Source: Octopus vulgaris
Lineage: Eukaryota
Assembly (NCBI GenBank): GCA_951406725.2
Contig: OX597815.1
Coordinates: 71,486,001-71,550,000 of the forward strand
Direction: 5' to 3'
DNA: 64,000 nt
Position numbers and translations under genes: made by a program. Under the pieces are notes generated by a model. It saw nothing but the letters and a program-made list of their open reading frames with translations, did not search any database and was not told the DNA's origin. Position 1 is the stretch's first letter. Every line of letters begins with the position of its first letter. Positions 1 through 12,759 of this stretch are shown here, one piece after another.

Positions 1-497
1 CACTTTCTAAACAAGAACTAGTCAACATCATTAGATGCAGACAAAATCACAAGTGTTACATCAGTTTTCCTCCTCTAAAAGAGATGTCTAAACAAAGATT
101 CAGGGTTTCTCACTCCCAGCTGTTAGATAGATGGTCTTCTGCTTGGAAGCTATTTTGTTAGGTTAATGCAGTTGATATCTGTACAGGATTTGACATATGT
201 TGTAGTTGTGTGTCAGTATTTAAAGCTAGACGTTAAAAAAATTAGAATCTTGTCTGATCAAATGCATGAAACATTTACTTACTGCTAGTTGTAGGTAATA
301 AATAGATAAACAGACATTAAAAAAAAATTATGACATAAAGAGGATTTCCTCAAAAGAAGCAGAATAAAAATGATAATGATGGTGGTGATAATGATGATTC
401 TTTCGAAATAAAGTAAATAAATAAAAATCAACATTGCAAAGATATTTTCAGCTTAAACAGATACACTCCAACCATCTCCATGATCTGTAAATGAAAA

Positions 498-543
<46 letters not shown>

Positions 544-859
544 CACATGTGTTCTATTAAAAGAAAGGATGGCATTGTGCGAGCATGTTTATCATTGTTA
601 AACCCAAATATCATTGCCTTCTTGCCAACTACCATTCCAATGATAATTTGACAAGCTCCTTCTTCATCTCATTCCATCTCTTCAGTATTTGTATGATTTT
701 TTTTTTTCCTTTTTCTTTTTCGGTGTCTGTTTTGCCTAATTTTCTGAGATGTGCATATCAAGATCTACCATTCCTAGCATGCTGCATAATTTTATTTTTT
801 TGTTTTATTTTATTTTTCTTGTTCAGCATTTATTATGCACTTTTATTTTCCATCCCATT

Positions 860-1056
860 CCTTGCAGCTTTCTCGCTCCTCTTTCTTCCTCTCTTCCTAC
901 ACTTCCTCTACCTTTCCTCTCTCTCAATTGTCTCTCCTGCTTCTCCCCCTCTACTGTTTTTCTCTCAATCACCTTTCTCCCCCTCTCCTCTTCTCATCTC
1001 TCTCCAGTCTCTTCCTACCTCTCTCTCTTCCCCCTTCCCTCTCTCTCTTTCCCTCA
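860..1056 (+). repeat. CT-rich polypyrimidine low-complexity tract
   Basis: ~200 nt almost entirely C/T; explains spurious Leu/Ser/Phe ORFs 585..1100, 749..1084 and 835..1074. Confidence 0.9.
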
Positions 1057-2379
1057 CACACACATGCTCATTAGTTGTCAATAAGGTGTCCAATGTGTAG
1101 TGAACATGCAGTGTTGAATATCTGGTGAACAATAAAACACCATGTTAAGATGTCTAGAGATAATTTAGAAAGTCTGCTGGAAATTTTGCTGAGTAATAAA
1201 AGGAACAGTGTTGGAAATCTGCTGGACAGTAAACTTAAATGGATGACATAGAGTTGTGTGTATACACCAGGAGCAGCTATTAGTTTATTGTTTCTGTTTT
1301 GTTGTCATGACTACATGTTAACCCTTTGATGAGATTCAAATTCCTGGCAACTAATGCCACTATACATCAGTACTGGATCCATAGTAGTGATATATATATA
1401 TACATACACACACACACACACTACATACATACATACACTCACTCTCATTATATATCATCATTATTTAATGTCCACTTTTCCATACTTTCATGGATCAGAT
1501 GGATTTTCTTGAGGCAGATTTTCTATGGTTTGATGTTCTTCCTGTCTCCAGCCCTCACCTGTTTTCAAGCAAGGTAATATTTCCTCATGGCCAGACATGT
1601 TTTTGGAATGAATGACATTGCTTGTATAACAGTAACACTCATTTACAACTATCACTATCACACAGTGTTAAGACAAGGCGACACAAACATACACACACTC
1701 ACACACACATACATACATACATGCGTGCACACACACATAATTACATACCAACAAATTTGAAAAAAAAATAGAAATACTTGGTTCCTCGGAGAATGAGCAA
1801 AAGAAATTGACACAGATTCTCCGGTTTGTTAGACATTACAAAAATTCTCCACCTGAATAGATGTACACACTTGGGTGTATGCTTCGACAGTTCACCAAAC
1901 ATACCAACTTAACCGCATATTTACAAACACTGGGACCTCTTTTAGCACAAAAATTCTTGCAATCCAAATTCAAAAAGTCTTGTTACTTTGTTAGTGATCA
2001 GCTTGAACTCTCTCAAGAAGAACTTAAATAGAATTCAAAGAAAAATCATACATACATACATATTTATCTAGCTAATTATCACTTTGAAACAACCATTTCC
2101 TTCTCTCTAGCATAATATGTGGTTGATAATTGGCTAACTTGGCCAATCATGTATTAAAACATTAAAGTTATAGGATAACAAGGTTTTATAGCCATGATTT
2201 TTATATCCAGCCTAAATCTTACAATTGATATTGCTTGAAATTTGTAAAACTTGTGACAATTGTTAAAGTCACATTAGAATGACTGAACTGTGTAGTATCT
2301 ATTATGGTAAAGTGGCTGGAAAACTCAATTGAATCTGTTGGAAACTGCAACCAAGTGCTAAAGTCACCTTGGAATAACA

Positions 2380-2545
2380 AGGTTTCATAGAAGACAATGT
2401 TAATAGCTGGAAGGAAAACAATTCAAGACAATCAAAATAGATAAGATTTCTACCAATAGTTAGAATCACTACAGAACAAACAACCAGGCTTTGTCGAATA
2501 CAATGCAATATTTGGTTGAAGAACTCAAGGCAGTGTCTCAAGATA
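2380..2545 (+). pseudogene. Decayed DNA transposase C-terminal fragment (hAT/hATm-like)
   Basis: Across frameshifts reads FIEDNVNSWKENNS..IRFLPIV..TTEQTT..FVEYNAIF..EELK, resembling the 'W..N..Y..L.VVND.AER...L...YN..LT..EE.Q' tail of this transposase group; several stops. Confidence 0.4.
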
Positions 2546-3669
2546 AATAATGGTTTCATACTTTGTTAAAATTTCTGAAGAGATTATTAGCTGTGCAACA
2601 TACTATAATGACTTTTGAGAAGCAGGCAGAGTTCTTTTATTTTATTTCTTTGTGGTTAATTTGAAAAAAAAAATTGTCTGCTGCTACTGCTTGAAGTGAG
2701 TTGAAAATTAATTTCTAATTTAAAACCCTCTGTAGGCAAATGGTAGTTATACATTAGATTATTTTGTACATTCTGCTTGGAGTATATTTTGGTATATCTT
2801 TGGCTCAGTGAATTCCAACTGAAAATATTTATTTTTACTTTTTTTTGTTAATACAATATAAAAGTAGATTTCATAAAGCCTACCATTAACATCTTGTGAT
2901 TTATATATCACCACTTCCACCCTCTCTTCTATAATGTAATTGGCCTTGTAGTTCTTCTGCAATAAGAAACCTGTTCTGTTCTGACCCCTTTTCTCACACA
3001 TTAACCCCTCATCCCATAGTATAAAGTAGTCTACCTCATTACTATATCCTTTGCTCACTTAGTTGAAGGGTATCTCAGTCTTGAAGGCTGCATGGGAAGC
3101 TCATTAATACTGGTGCCATGAAAAATGTAGCCAGTATATGATGTAAAGTGGTTGGTGTTAGGAAGGGCATCAGCTGGGGAAATCATGCCAAGGAAACATC
3201 GTAGCATGTTACAGTCTTTGAACCTATCAGATCTTGTCAAATCGTCCAATCCATGGACATTAGATAATGATGTTGATGAGATATGTCCCAACACTAAGCC
3301 ACCAACATCTCTATCTCTCTTTCCAGCTACTTGTAATATGCAAATGTAACCATGTGAACACACCCAGCTGAATATGGCTATAAATTATTGATAATTCAAG
3401 TATCTTCAGCAAATAACTTCTATGCATAATTCTAAAGAGTTGAATTTCAATTTGTGTGAATGACACCTCATGAATCAATAGTTGCCTGTATTATTGCATA
3501 ATATAGAAATATTCATGAGATCAAATTCAGACGAAACAACTGTAAATGAATGTAATAAAATGATTTGATCATGCCATTCTCCTTGTTTGTAATTATATAT
3601 ATTATATCCTATGCCAACCCCATGTAAAAAAAAGCACCCATGCTGACACCACATAAATAGCACACAGTA

Positions 3670-3830
3670 CACTTTGTAAAGTGGTTGGCATTAGAAAGGG
3701 CATCCAGCCAAAGAAACCATGCCAAAACAGCTGATTAGAGCCTGGGGCAGCCCTCCAACTTGCCATCTCCTGTCAAACCATGCAACCCATGCCAGCATGG
3801 AAGATGGGCATTGAATGATGATGATGATGA
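3670..3830 (+). mobile_element. RTE-type LINE 3' UTR fragment ending in (GAT)n
   Basis: gtaaagtggttggcattagaaagggcatccagcc...ccatgccagcatggaagatgggcattgaatgatgatgatg; similar copies near 3140, 34480, 40530(-), 54120 and 58680(-). Confidence 0.6.
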
Positions 3831-4959
3831 TATATATAACCTTGATCATCTACCATGAAATATAAAAAGAACTTTTTTCAGTTTATTGTACTTCAATATG
3901 AAGAAAATCCACAACCTTCCATTTCAATAAAACACTATTGTCCCTGAAAGTTGTTTTTTTTATATTTACTATGGATTGCTTGAAGCTAACTTTCTTCCTA
4001 CACCTCGATCCCTGGATCTTATACACACATATATATATAAAGAAATTATGGTGAAAGAAATGTATATTTGTTTATGTATTTATTTATTTTAAACTTATTT
4101 GGTAAAAAAAAAAGAGAGCAAATATTTAATTACATCTTAAAAGATTCCACTGCTAATGAAAATTACTTTCCTAGAGTTCCAGTAATGAGAGAAAGCCTTG
4201 ATTAGATGATCCCAAGAGAGTTTATGGTAAGCCCCTTCCTCCCCAAAATAGCAAAGATGTATTTGAAAATTAAAGAAAATCAACCAACCCAACCCTTAAT
4301 TACTCCGTGTAAAGACATATAAGATGGAAATCCAGAAATAATGAAGGAAAATTATATAACAATATATTTTCATGCAATTTTGACATAAACATTGCAATTC
4401 CCTAGAATGCACCTAGATTGCATTCCTAAGCTGCTAACAAAATTTGAACTCATTCATCTCCTTAGAACCCTCCAGCTCTTTCATTCAACCATACCAGAAT
4501 CATTGCCAACTTGATTTACTTGCAGTTCCTTTATTATTTTTTTATGCTTGTCTTCTATTCCTTGTGTCCAATTTATTTCTATTTTCCATTAATGTTTGCC
4601 ATTAGTTACATTCTTTCAACCCTTATTCACTTTTTCCGCTGTCTAACCTATCTTCTCTATCATGCACTCAATGAAAATTATATATTCTAAAGATATTTTA
4701 TATAGTTTTTTTCTTTTCCTTTTTCCCTTTTTTTTTTGTTTTGGGGGCAGATGGGTACTTAAATTTAGATCTGATGTATTTATGCTTTTTCTATATCTTC
4801 TTCCTACTTTTTTCCTCTAAGCCAACATTTATTTTTAATCTGCTATACAATAAATATATCTAAGTTAATTTTCTAATTTTTAAAAAAAATTATATCAATT
4901 TGCTGATCATTATTGTTAAATCATTATGATAAAAGAAATTAATGTCATTACTATTATTA

Positions 4960-5305
4960 AGGAGGCAAGCTGTCAGAATCGTTAGTGCACTGGACAAAAT
5001 GCTAGGCAACACTTCTTCCAGTTCTAAGTTCAAATTCTTCCGATCTTTCAGGCTTAATAAAATAAAGCATGTTAAATACTTAGGTTGATTTAACTGTCTA
5101 ACCCACTGCCCCAAAATTTTAGGCCTTGTGCTTATATTAGGAAGAATTATTATTAAGGTAGCGAATCATCAGAGTCATTAGACAAATTGCTTAGTAGAAT
5201 TTCTTCCAGCTCTTTAAAGTACCAGTTGAGAGTTGATGTAATCAACTAATCTCCCCACCCCTAAAATTGCTGGCCTTGTGCCAAAATTTGAAACAATTAT
5301 TATTA
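4960..5305 (+). mobile_element. Two tandem degenerate tRNA-derived SINEs (family A, ATT-tailed)
   Basis: ggcaagctgtcagaatcgttag (A box), agttcaaattc (B box), ggccttgtgc..attattatt tail, repeated head-to-tail. Confidence 0.75.
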
Positions 5306-5476
5306 TAATTAGCAGCTGCAGCAGATAAATGTCCCACTCATGCAGGTCTGCTATGTTAGTGTACCTTAATCTTGTTAAAGTATTGATTAATGAAACCAAG
5401 CTTAGTTGATAACAAAGAACTAAGCAACATGAACAGTTTGAAACTAATAGAAGTAGCCAATAATTTATAGAATCTC

Positions 5477-5482
5477 ATTATT

Positions 5483-5513
<31 letters not shown>

Positions 5514-5514
5514 A

Positions 5515-5551
<37 letters not shown>
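5477..5551. repeat. (AAT)n followed directly by (ATT)n microsatellite
   Basis: taataataa...taattattattatt; self-complementary junction. Confidence 0.95.
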
Positions 5552-5553
<2 letters not shown>

Positions 5554-5599
5554 AAAATAGTTGTTAATAAAATCTCCTTTCTTAGCATTAAATTCTTCA

Positions 5600-5795
5600 G
5601 TATTCTTCAAACAGACTGCTTCTGTTCTGGACAAGGTAATATAAAACTGTTCATGGGGAAAGAAATTCTTTGTTAGGTCACCATACAATTTTTCAGCTTT
5701 TCTTTGCTGTCATGGCAAGTCTAGTTTCACTGGAAATTGTTTCAACTTCATCAGTTTGCAATGAATTAAAAATATTGTGCAATGGACACTGTTTG
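5600..5795 (-). pseudogene. Decayed Helitron/PIF1-family helicase C-terminal fragment
   Basis: Minus strand across frameshifts: KQFPVKL..AMT..K....LYGDLTKNFFPHEQFYITLSRT, matching 'QFPV.LAFAMTINKSQG...G.DL...F.HGQ.YVA.SR'. Confidence 0.65.
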
Positions 5796-6659
5796 CAGTG
5801 GCCTAGTCTATAATAATGATGATGATAATAATAATAATAATAATAATAATGATGATGATGATAATAGTGTTCTTTCTTACATTGGAACTGGGTACAAGAG
5901 TATAATTGACTGACACAAATCCATTATGTATCTGGTGCTTTATTAATACCAGAAGAATGAAATGAAAGGCCTGATGGGATTTGAACTCAGATTGTAAAGG
6001 TACCAAGCTAAATGAATGTTGTTATCATTCATTCCTGTTCTCTAGATTTCTGCACACCACCACCACCACCACCTCACATTCATCAGAAGGAAGTTCAGAT
6101 TCCTGCAGGTTCTTATCACCAGATCAATCTACTGTTTGTTTTAGTTATTGTTCATCTAAGGTGTTTGATGTATGTATAAACATGTATGCAAGAATGTACA
6201 TGTGTATATTACCATCCATCATCACCATCGTCATTTTTATGTTTGGTTTCCACACTGTCTCTGGTTTAATTGTTTATATAAAACCCAATGGATTGCAGGA
6301 CAACATGTTGCTTTGGTGTCTCACTTTCGACATGAATTTTACAGCTGGATGCCCTTCCTAATACCATCCACTTAAAGGAGTGTATTGGGTACATTTTCTG
6401 TAGCACCAGCACAAGTGAGGTTGCCTTGTCACACACAAAACTAAAGAGTCTCTTGCCTGAGAGGAAGAATAAGAGATTGAGTGGTTGTTTTATGTGAGGT
6501 ACAAACAGGCTAATGTATGATGGGAGGAGTAGGGACCAATTTGTTGTGGGGCTGATTTGTGACTAATTCACCTTTACCTTGAAATTTTCATCTACATATC
6601 TTCCACTTTTTTCCATCTTCTATTTATTTCTTCAGATGTTCCTTACAAACTATGAAGAC

Positions 6660-6965
6660 ATAGGGTTTAGTGGTTAGGGTATTCAACTTATGATTGTAAG
6701 GTCATAAGTTCAATTCCCAGTGGCATGTTGAGTCCTTAAGCAACACACCTTATTTCACATTGCTCCAGTCCACTCAGCTGGCAAAAATGAGCTGTAACTG
6801 TAATTCAAAGGGCCAACCGTGTTGTCACATTCTGTGTCCCACTGAATTGCCCTGAGAACTATGCTAAGGGTACTTATATGAATATTGCTTAGCAACTTGC
6901 ACATTAATTTCACTAGCAGGATGTTCCATTGATCAAATCAGCTGGAACACTCATCATCATAACCA
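6660..6965 (+). mobile_element. tRNA-derived SINE family C
   Basis: tagtggttagggtattcaac...agttcaattccc...atttcacattgctccagtccactcagctggcaaaaatgag; head shared with copies at 36755, 37690 and 61228. Confidence 0.7.
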
Positions 6966-6974
6966 GCACTGCCA

Positions 6975-7450
6975 GGTCTTACAAACTTTCAGTCTTAGTT
7001 CGGATTTTTCATTTTTAGAAATGCAACATTTTGGAGGCACATTTTCCAAAATAATCTGGTTTTGTCCATGTTAATTTATTTTGTTGTTTTGTTTATCCAT
7101 CTTTGTTGAATATTTTCTTTCAAAAAGTCAAAAAGTAGAGTTCTTTTCAGTAGCTTCTTTATCACTGTTGCTCGACTCTCCACTAACTTTTACGTTATTT
7201 TGATGAATTCTCTTCTTAAATCATTCAAACCCAGCAAGCACTTGTATTAAATGTCTCTTTAGTGTTGGTTTGATTGCCATTAATTTTAACAGCTGTAAAT
7301 GTACTCAACACTTTTGATTGAATTATAGTTTTGGAGAGAGAAATACATTTTTTTTTCATCACAATCCTCAATTCATACAGCAGGATGTTTCATTTCTATC
7401 ATGGCAGTGGTTCTTCTATTTCTTGTAGTTGTTTGTAAACCACCAAAAAA
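6975..7450 (-). pseudogene. Decayed pogo/Tigger-family transposase (CENP-B-type HTH plus start of DDE domain)
   Basis: Minus strand across frameshifts: IEDCDEKK..FNTSA..GFE*FKKRIHQNNVKVSGESSNSDKEATEK..INMDKTRLFWKM, matching 'GWF..FK.R....VK.SGE.ASAD' and 'FN.DETGLFWK'. Confidence 0.75.
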
Positions 7451-7530
7451 GTCTGATGCGAATTAACCTTTTTTTAACTTTTGTTTCAGTTGCATGTTTT
7501 GTTTTTTATTTTGCTTCATGCAGTTGTTGA

Positions 7531-7965
7531 AGGTGTAGGCATGGCCTTGTGTTTAAGAAGTTTGCTTTCCAACCACATAGCTTTGGGTTCAGCTGCATTG
7601 TAGAGCACCTTGGCCAAATGTCTTCAACTATAGCCTCAGACTAACCAAAGCCTTTTGAGTGGATTTGGTTGGCGAAAACTGAAGGAAGCTTGTTGTTGTG
7701 TGTGTATGTGTTTGTTGCTGTTTCCTTGACTTGACATTATGTGATGGTTGTAAATGAGTCTCTGTAATACAAGTGGTATCCATCATTTCCAATCCTCTAT
7801 GAAAAGAAAACATATCTGGTCATGGGGTGGATATTACTTTACTTGGAAAAAAAAGGTGAGGGTTAGTGATAGAGGGACATCTGACCATAGAAAATCTACC
7901 CTAATACATTTTGCTTGACCCATGCAAATGTGGGTAAAGTGGATGTTAAAATGATGATGATGATG
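7531..7965 (+). mobile_element. SINE family B (tRNA head plus CORE-like domain) with RTE-like tail
   Basis: ggcatggccttgtgtttaagaagtttgc..gggttcag..gcaccttggccaaatgtcttc..gtggatgttaaaatgatgatg. Confidence 0.8.
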
Positions 7966-8562
7966 ATTTATATATGCTAAGATTACTGCCAATTTTCAAA
8001 TTGCTATCACCACGATGTCTACAGCTCCTTTTACATCAAATTCTTGCTTCCATGCCATAGTATCTCTTTCTTTCGGCAATAGAAATATTTTTCCCTTCTT
8101 TCATATTTACTGGGGGCAGCTTATAGGATTAAGATAATTGCAATATAGACAGTGGCATCTTCCCCCTATACCATATCAATCAGTTGAAAATGACAACCAG
8201 CATACCAGCTGTATTTGAAAATTCATAAATAACTGCAGCAAATCATCACTGGATGACAACAGCCAAAAGCAAACTGACTGCTGATGAGTCACCATGTCAT
8301 AAGACAAACAGATTTTTTAATGTTCACACTTAAAAAATTCCTCCTTAATCGAATTTAGTCTTTGTACTTGATGAACAGTGGTATCAATTTATAATTCATA
8401 CTAAATCAAATCTGTGTTATTTCTAATTTGTTACAAATTGAAGCTTGACACTGTGTGTGTGCATCTCTGCTTCATTTGAAACTTCCTTTTTTGACATGTT
8501 TCGTATATTGATTTTATGGGCCCTTGTGGCCAATGAAACTATTATTATTTTTTTTTTTTTTA

Positions 8563-8777
8563 AGGCAAGTGAGTTGACAGAATCATTAGTACACTGGGCA
8601 AAATGCATAGTGGCATTTTGCCCATCTTTACATTCTGAATTCAAACTGAGGTTGACTTTGCCTTTCATCCTTTTGGGGTTGATAAAATAAGTACCAGTTG
8701 AGCATAGGGGTCAATGTAATTGACTAGCACCCTCCCCTGAACCTGCTGGACTTGTGCCAAACTCTGAAATTATTATT
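8563..8777 (+). mobile_element. SINE family A
   Basis: ggcaagtgagttgacagaatcattag..ttctgaattcaaactgaggttgactttgcctttcatcc..ttgtgccaa..attattatt. Confidence 0.8.
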
Positions 8778-9092
8778 TGATGAAAACTTTCAGCTTATTT
8801 TGCTGGGTGTGATGACAACCAGCAGACTAAGGTGACACTTGTTTACTGGTCATGCTTCAAGAACCCTGCTAAAAATTCTTGCACTTCCAAGCAATGCTGA
8901 TTTTTGTAGGTGTTCTATCTTTACATTTGCACCAAACTTTTTGAGCCATGTTGGTAGTTGATTGCTGGCACTCCCAAGTGCACCAATTACTACTGATATC
9001 ATGTCTACTCTCTTCATTGACCACAACCTTCATATTTCCCACTTCAAATCTTCATAGTTGTTTAGTTTTTCTTCTTTATCTTTGATCAACTT
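8778..9092 (-). mobile_element. Dong/R4-type (restriction-like endonuclease) LINE 3' end
   Basis: Minus strand: IKDKEEKLNNYEDLKWEI*RLWSMKRVDMISVVIGALGS..LQKSALLGSARIFSRVLEA* (stop at 8850-8852); TAA-like sequence on both flanks. Confidence 0.8.
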
Positions 9093-11542
9093 TTGTACCA
9101 ATTTTTTTGAGCCATGTTGGTAGTTGAGTGCTGATACTTCCAATATTATTATTGTTGTTGGTGTTGTTGTTAATTATATTGCAGGTTACTTTCAGGCTGT
9201 TTTTAACTTTTATCTCATGAAGTTATAATTTGGATTTTTTTTAAACTGCTTTATCATTTAAACTTAGTGATGTGATGTAGTGGAAGATATCACTGTCTAA
9301 TCCTTAATTATTGTTCTTCAATAAATTTGTGACAATTTCAGTATCTATCTGTCTGCCCTTCTCTTCTCAAAAAAAACAAAAAAAACCCTCTGCAGTGTAT
9401 CTGAATTTCTGCTTGGCTTGGTCCAGTATTCTCCAAATTGGATTGATGGGATTGGAAGATTGGATTTGCTAAGTCTGAGATATTACTACTGAGATTGTAA
9501 TAAACAGCTGTTGGCTTGCTTTTAAAAAGTAATTTCATCAGTTATATTGTCCGTCCATCTTTCAATGAATAGAAATTTCAAACTCGGCAATAAAAGCAGA
9601 TATTGCTGCTACAATATTAACTCTGTAGCCTACAGCAATACATGTTTTCACATTAGTACGTGAAATACATTATTCTAGTTGAGTTAGCATTCTATTAAAT
9701 TTAATGTATGACCATCATATCTTTAGGGAAATTGTAACTGGACCCTGTTCAAAATTATATCTGAGAGTCAACGGTGCCAGCTGGTCAACTAATTATCATA
9801 TTTCATTTTGTTCATTTTATCATGTTCTGTAATGTGAGCTGTTCTAAACAGCTTCATGGGTGAAATGATAGGCTTGGAATTAAGCCAAAAATATTCTGCA
9901 AGTTATACTCATCCGACCCATACTAATGTAGAAAAGTGTATGTTAAACAGATGATGATTATGATGTAAAATATTTAAAACACTAGCATCTGAAAGAATCT
10001 TTTATCTTCAATTTGTTTCAGTCACTGAAAAGGTTTAGTTGAATAAACTGACCCCAGCACCTTTTTTTTAAAGTCTGATATTTATTCTATTGGTATCTTT
10101 GCAAAACTGCTAAGTTATGAGGATGTAAACAAACCAATGCCATTTGTCAAGTAGTGGTTGAAGACAAACACAAAGATACACACACACACACTTGAACTTC
10201 TACACTGTTTCTGCCTACAAAATTCACTCACAAGACACTGGTTGGCCTGGGGCTATAGTAGAAGACTTACCTACCCAAGGTACCATTTAGTGGGACTGAA
10301 TCTGAAACCACAAGGTTGCAAAGCAGGCTTCTTAACCACACAGCAACCCTGGATATAAAATTTAAATTTGGAATTTCCATTGATATCCTACACAGTCTCT
10401 CTCTTCCTTATTCTCTCCATTTTTATCTTTTATCTCTTACTTGTTTCAAGGTACCACCTTGAAGAATTCTTGTCAAATGAATTGATCCCAGTACCTATTT
10501 TTTTTTAAAGTACTGGTACTTATTCTATCAATCTCTTTTGCTGAACTGCTAGGTTACAGGAACTTAGACACACCAACACTACTTGCTAAGTGGTGGGGTG
10601 GGAACGAGCACAAAGACACGCACGCACACATACATATATATGACAGGCTTCTTTCAGTTTCCATCTACCAAATCCACTCCTAAGGTTTTGGTTGGCCCCT
10701 GCACTTTTGTTTATGCTCCATATCCAATATGGACCTTACACAGTAAGGTCAGTATAAAACAATGTAAAAGAAGTGTTAAATAAATACAAAATAAATATTT
10801 CAATTATTATTATAGTAGAAGACACTTGCCTAAGATGCCACACAGTGGTATTGAACTTGAAACCATGTGGTTGGGAAGCAAACTTCTTAGCACACAGCCA
10901 TGCCTGCACCTTTGTTTATGTCCCATATCCAATATGGACCTTATACAGTACGGTCAGTATAAAACAATGTAAAAGAAGTGTTAAATATAAATAAATACAA
11001 AATAAATATTTGATCCGATTATTTGCAACAAGTCTAAAAGCCTCATTATTCATATAGACAGCGTTCATTTTCTTTCAATTCACTGTGATAGCACGTTTGG
11101 GTTTCTTGGCATGTCTTGACATGCTGCAAGATCTTTTGCCATTCATGCAAACAGTATTATTTGTTTCCAGTTCTTGTATGTAAACATAGCTGGGTGGTTC
11201 ATTATTTGATAGACAAGAGAATTATTGCTTTGCTTGGAAAAAGATAAAGGTTGGTGTCAGGAAGGGCATCCAGCAGTAGAAAGGTTTGCCCTGACATAGT
11301 CTTTGTGACACTTGCAAGCATAGAAAAAGTAGACATTAAAATGATGATGATGATGATAATATGCAAATACATGATTACATATGCAATGAATATGCTTATA
11401 TACACATATATACATGCACAAATGACCAGAATATTATCTAATTCCTAATGAATTATTAATGTTAAATAATATAGAATGTATTTAAATATAAATGTATGCA
11501 TTTTCTATGAGAGAATGTATGTGGTTTTGTGAGAAAGAAGAG

Positions 11543-11574
<32 letters not shown>

Positions 11575-12759
11575 CATCATATACAAATACTGTGCAACCA
11601 AGTCTGCTGTTGCATGCTAATGGTATCTTCCTCAGATATTGATTGAAGGTTTATGCATAGTTCTCATTCTTCAGTACCATGCCCACCACTATCCTTGGGC
11701 TATTCCAACTGTACAAAGTTCCCTTTCTTCAGGCGAGTGGGAATAAGTCATAATTTAAGCTTACCATGCTCAAATGAATTCAGCTTTTATATAGTTTCAA
11801 AATATACTACACGACATCCATAGTTTGAATAGACATATCTTATATTCAATAGTAGTTATAGTTATCCATCGACCAGAAGGTCACAGTAAGCTAGAAGAGA
11901 AGTTGTGAGATTTTCCAGTCATTGCTAATTCATTTGCATTGCAGGAGGAAAAAAATCTCTCTTGCTGTAATTATTTATAAAAGTTATTGCTACAGTAAGC
12001 TAATTAAGATGTTGATTTTAAAGCATATTGAAATATCACTGATTTATGCATGTGTATGCACACACACCTACATACACGCACACTCATATACATACATTTA
12101 TGTCCGCTTTCCATTGTTGATATGGATTGGATAGAGTATATTAACGCAAATTTTCTATGATTGTACTGAAATTATTCCTCGTTTTAAATAAAAGGAGTAA
12201 AATATTGGACTTAGCGAAATGTGTAGTTATCGGTTGGCCATTTGAATGTGTTTTGATGAAAGGCACTGCTTTCATTAGCTTGTGTGTCAGTTGTTTTAGT
12301 AGTTGTGGTTGGTTGAGTTAGGTGGTGCGGGTAGCAGTGGGTAGTGTGGTGTAGCAACAGCAGCAGTGATAGGCCATGTAGCTTGACAAGTTAATGTAGC
12401 TGGGTCAAGGGGTGGTGAGAAAGGTCTCTGAACTATAGCTGATAAGACTTGTAGGTGTTCCTTCATCTGCTTCTAAAAGAGCCAGGAACTTGTGTTGGAG
12501 TTACTTGCCCAACGTACCACACAGTGGCACTAAGCCAAAACCCACATGGTTGCAAAGCAAACTTCTTAACTACACATGTTTGCGTATGTGTGTGTGCACA
12601 CGTGTGCATACACATGCATAAATCAGTGATTTTTCAATATGCTTTAAAATCAACCAGTTTTATGTTCAAACTGACCAGATCAAGCCTCTCACACCTAACC
12701 TGAAATGTCATTTTAAAATAAACAATTGTATCATCAAAATCTCAAAGCTATAAGATAAT

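Noticed and set aside
585-1100. 171-aa hydrophobic ORF resembling a membrane protein
   Set aside because: Produced by poly-T and CT low-complexity tracts
8275-8330. Hammerhead-like CUGAUGA-GUC..GAC-AAAC
   Set aside because: G12 missing and no convincing stem I; at best a dead relic
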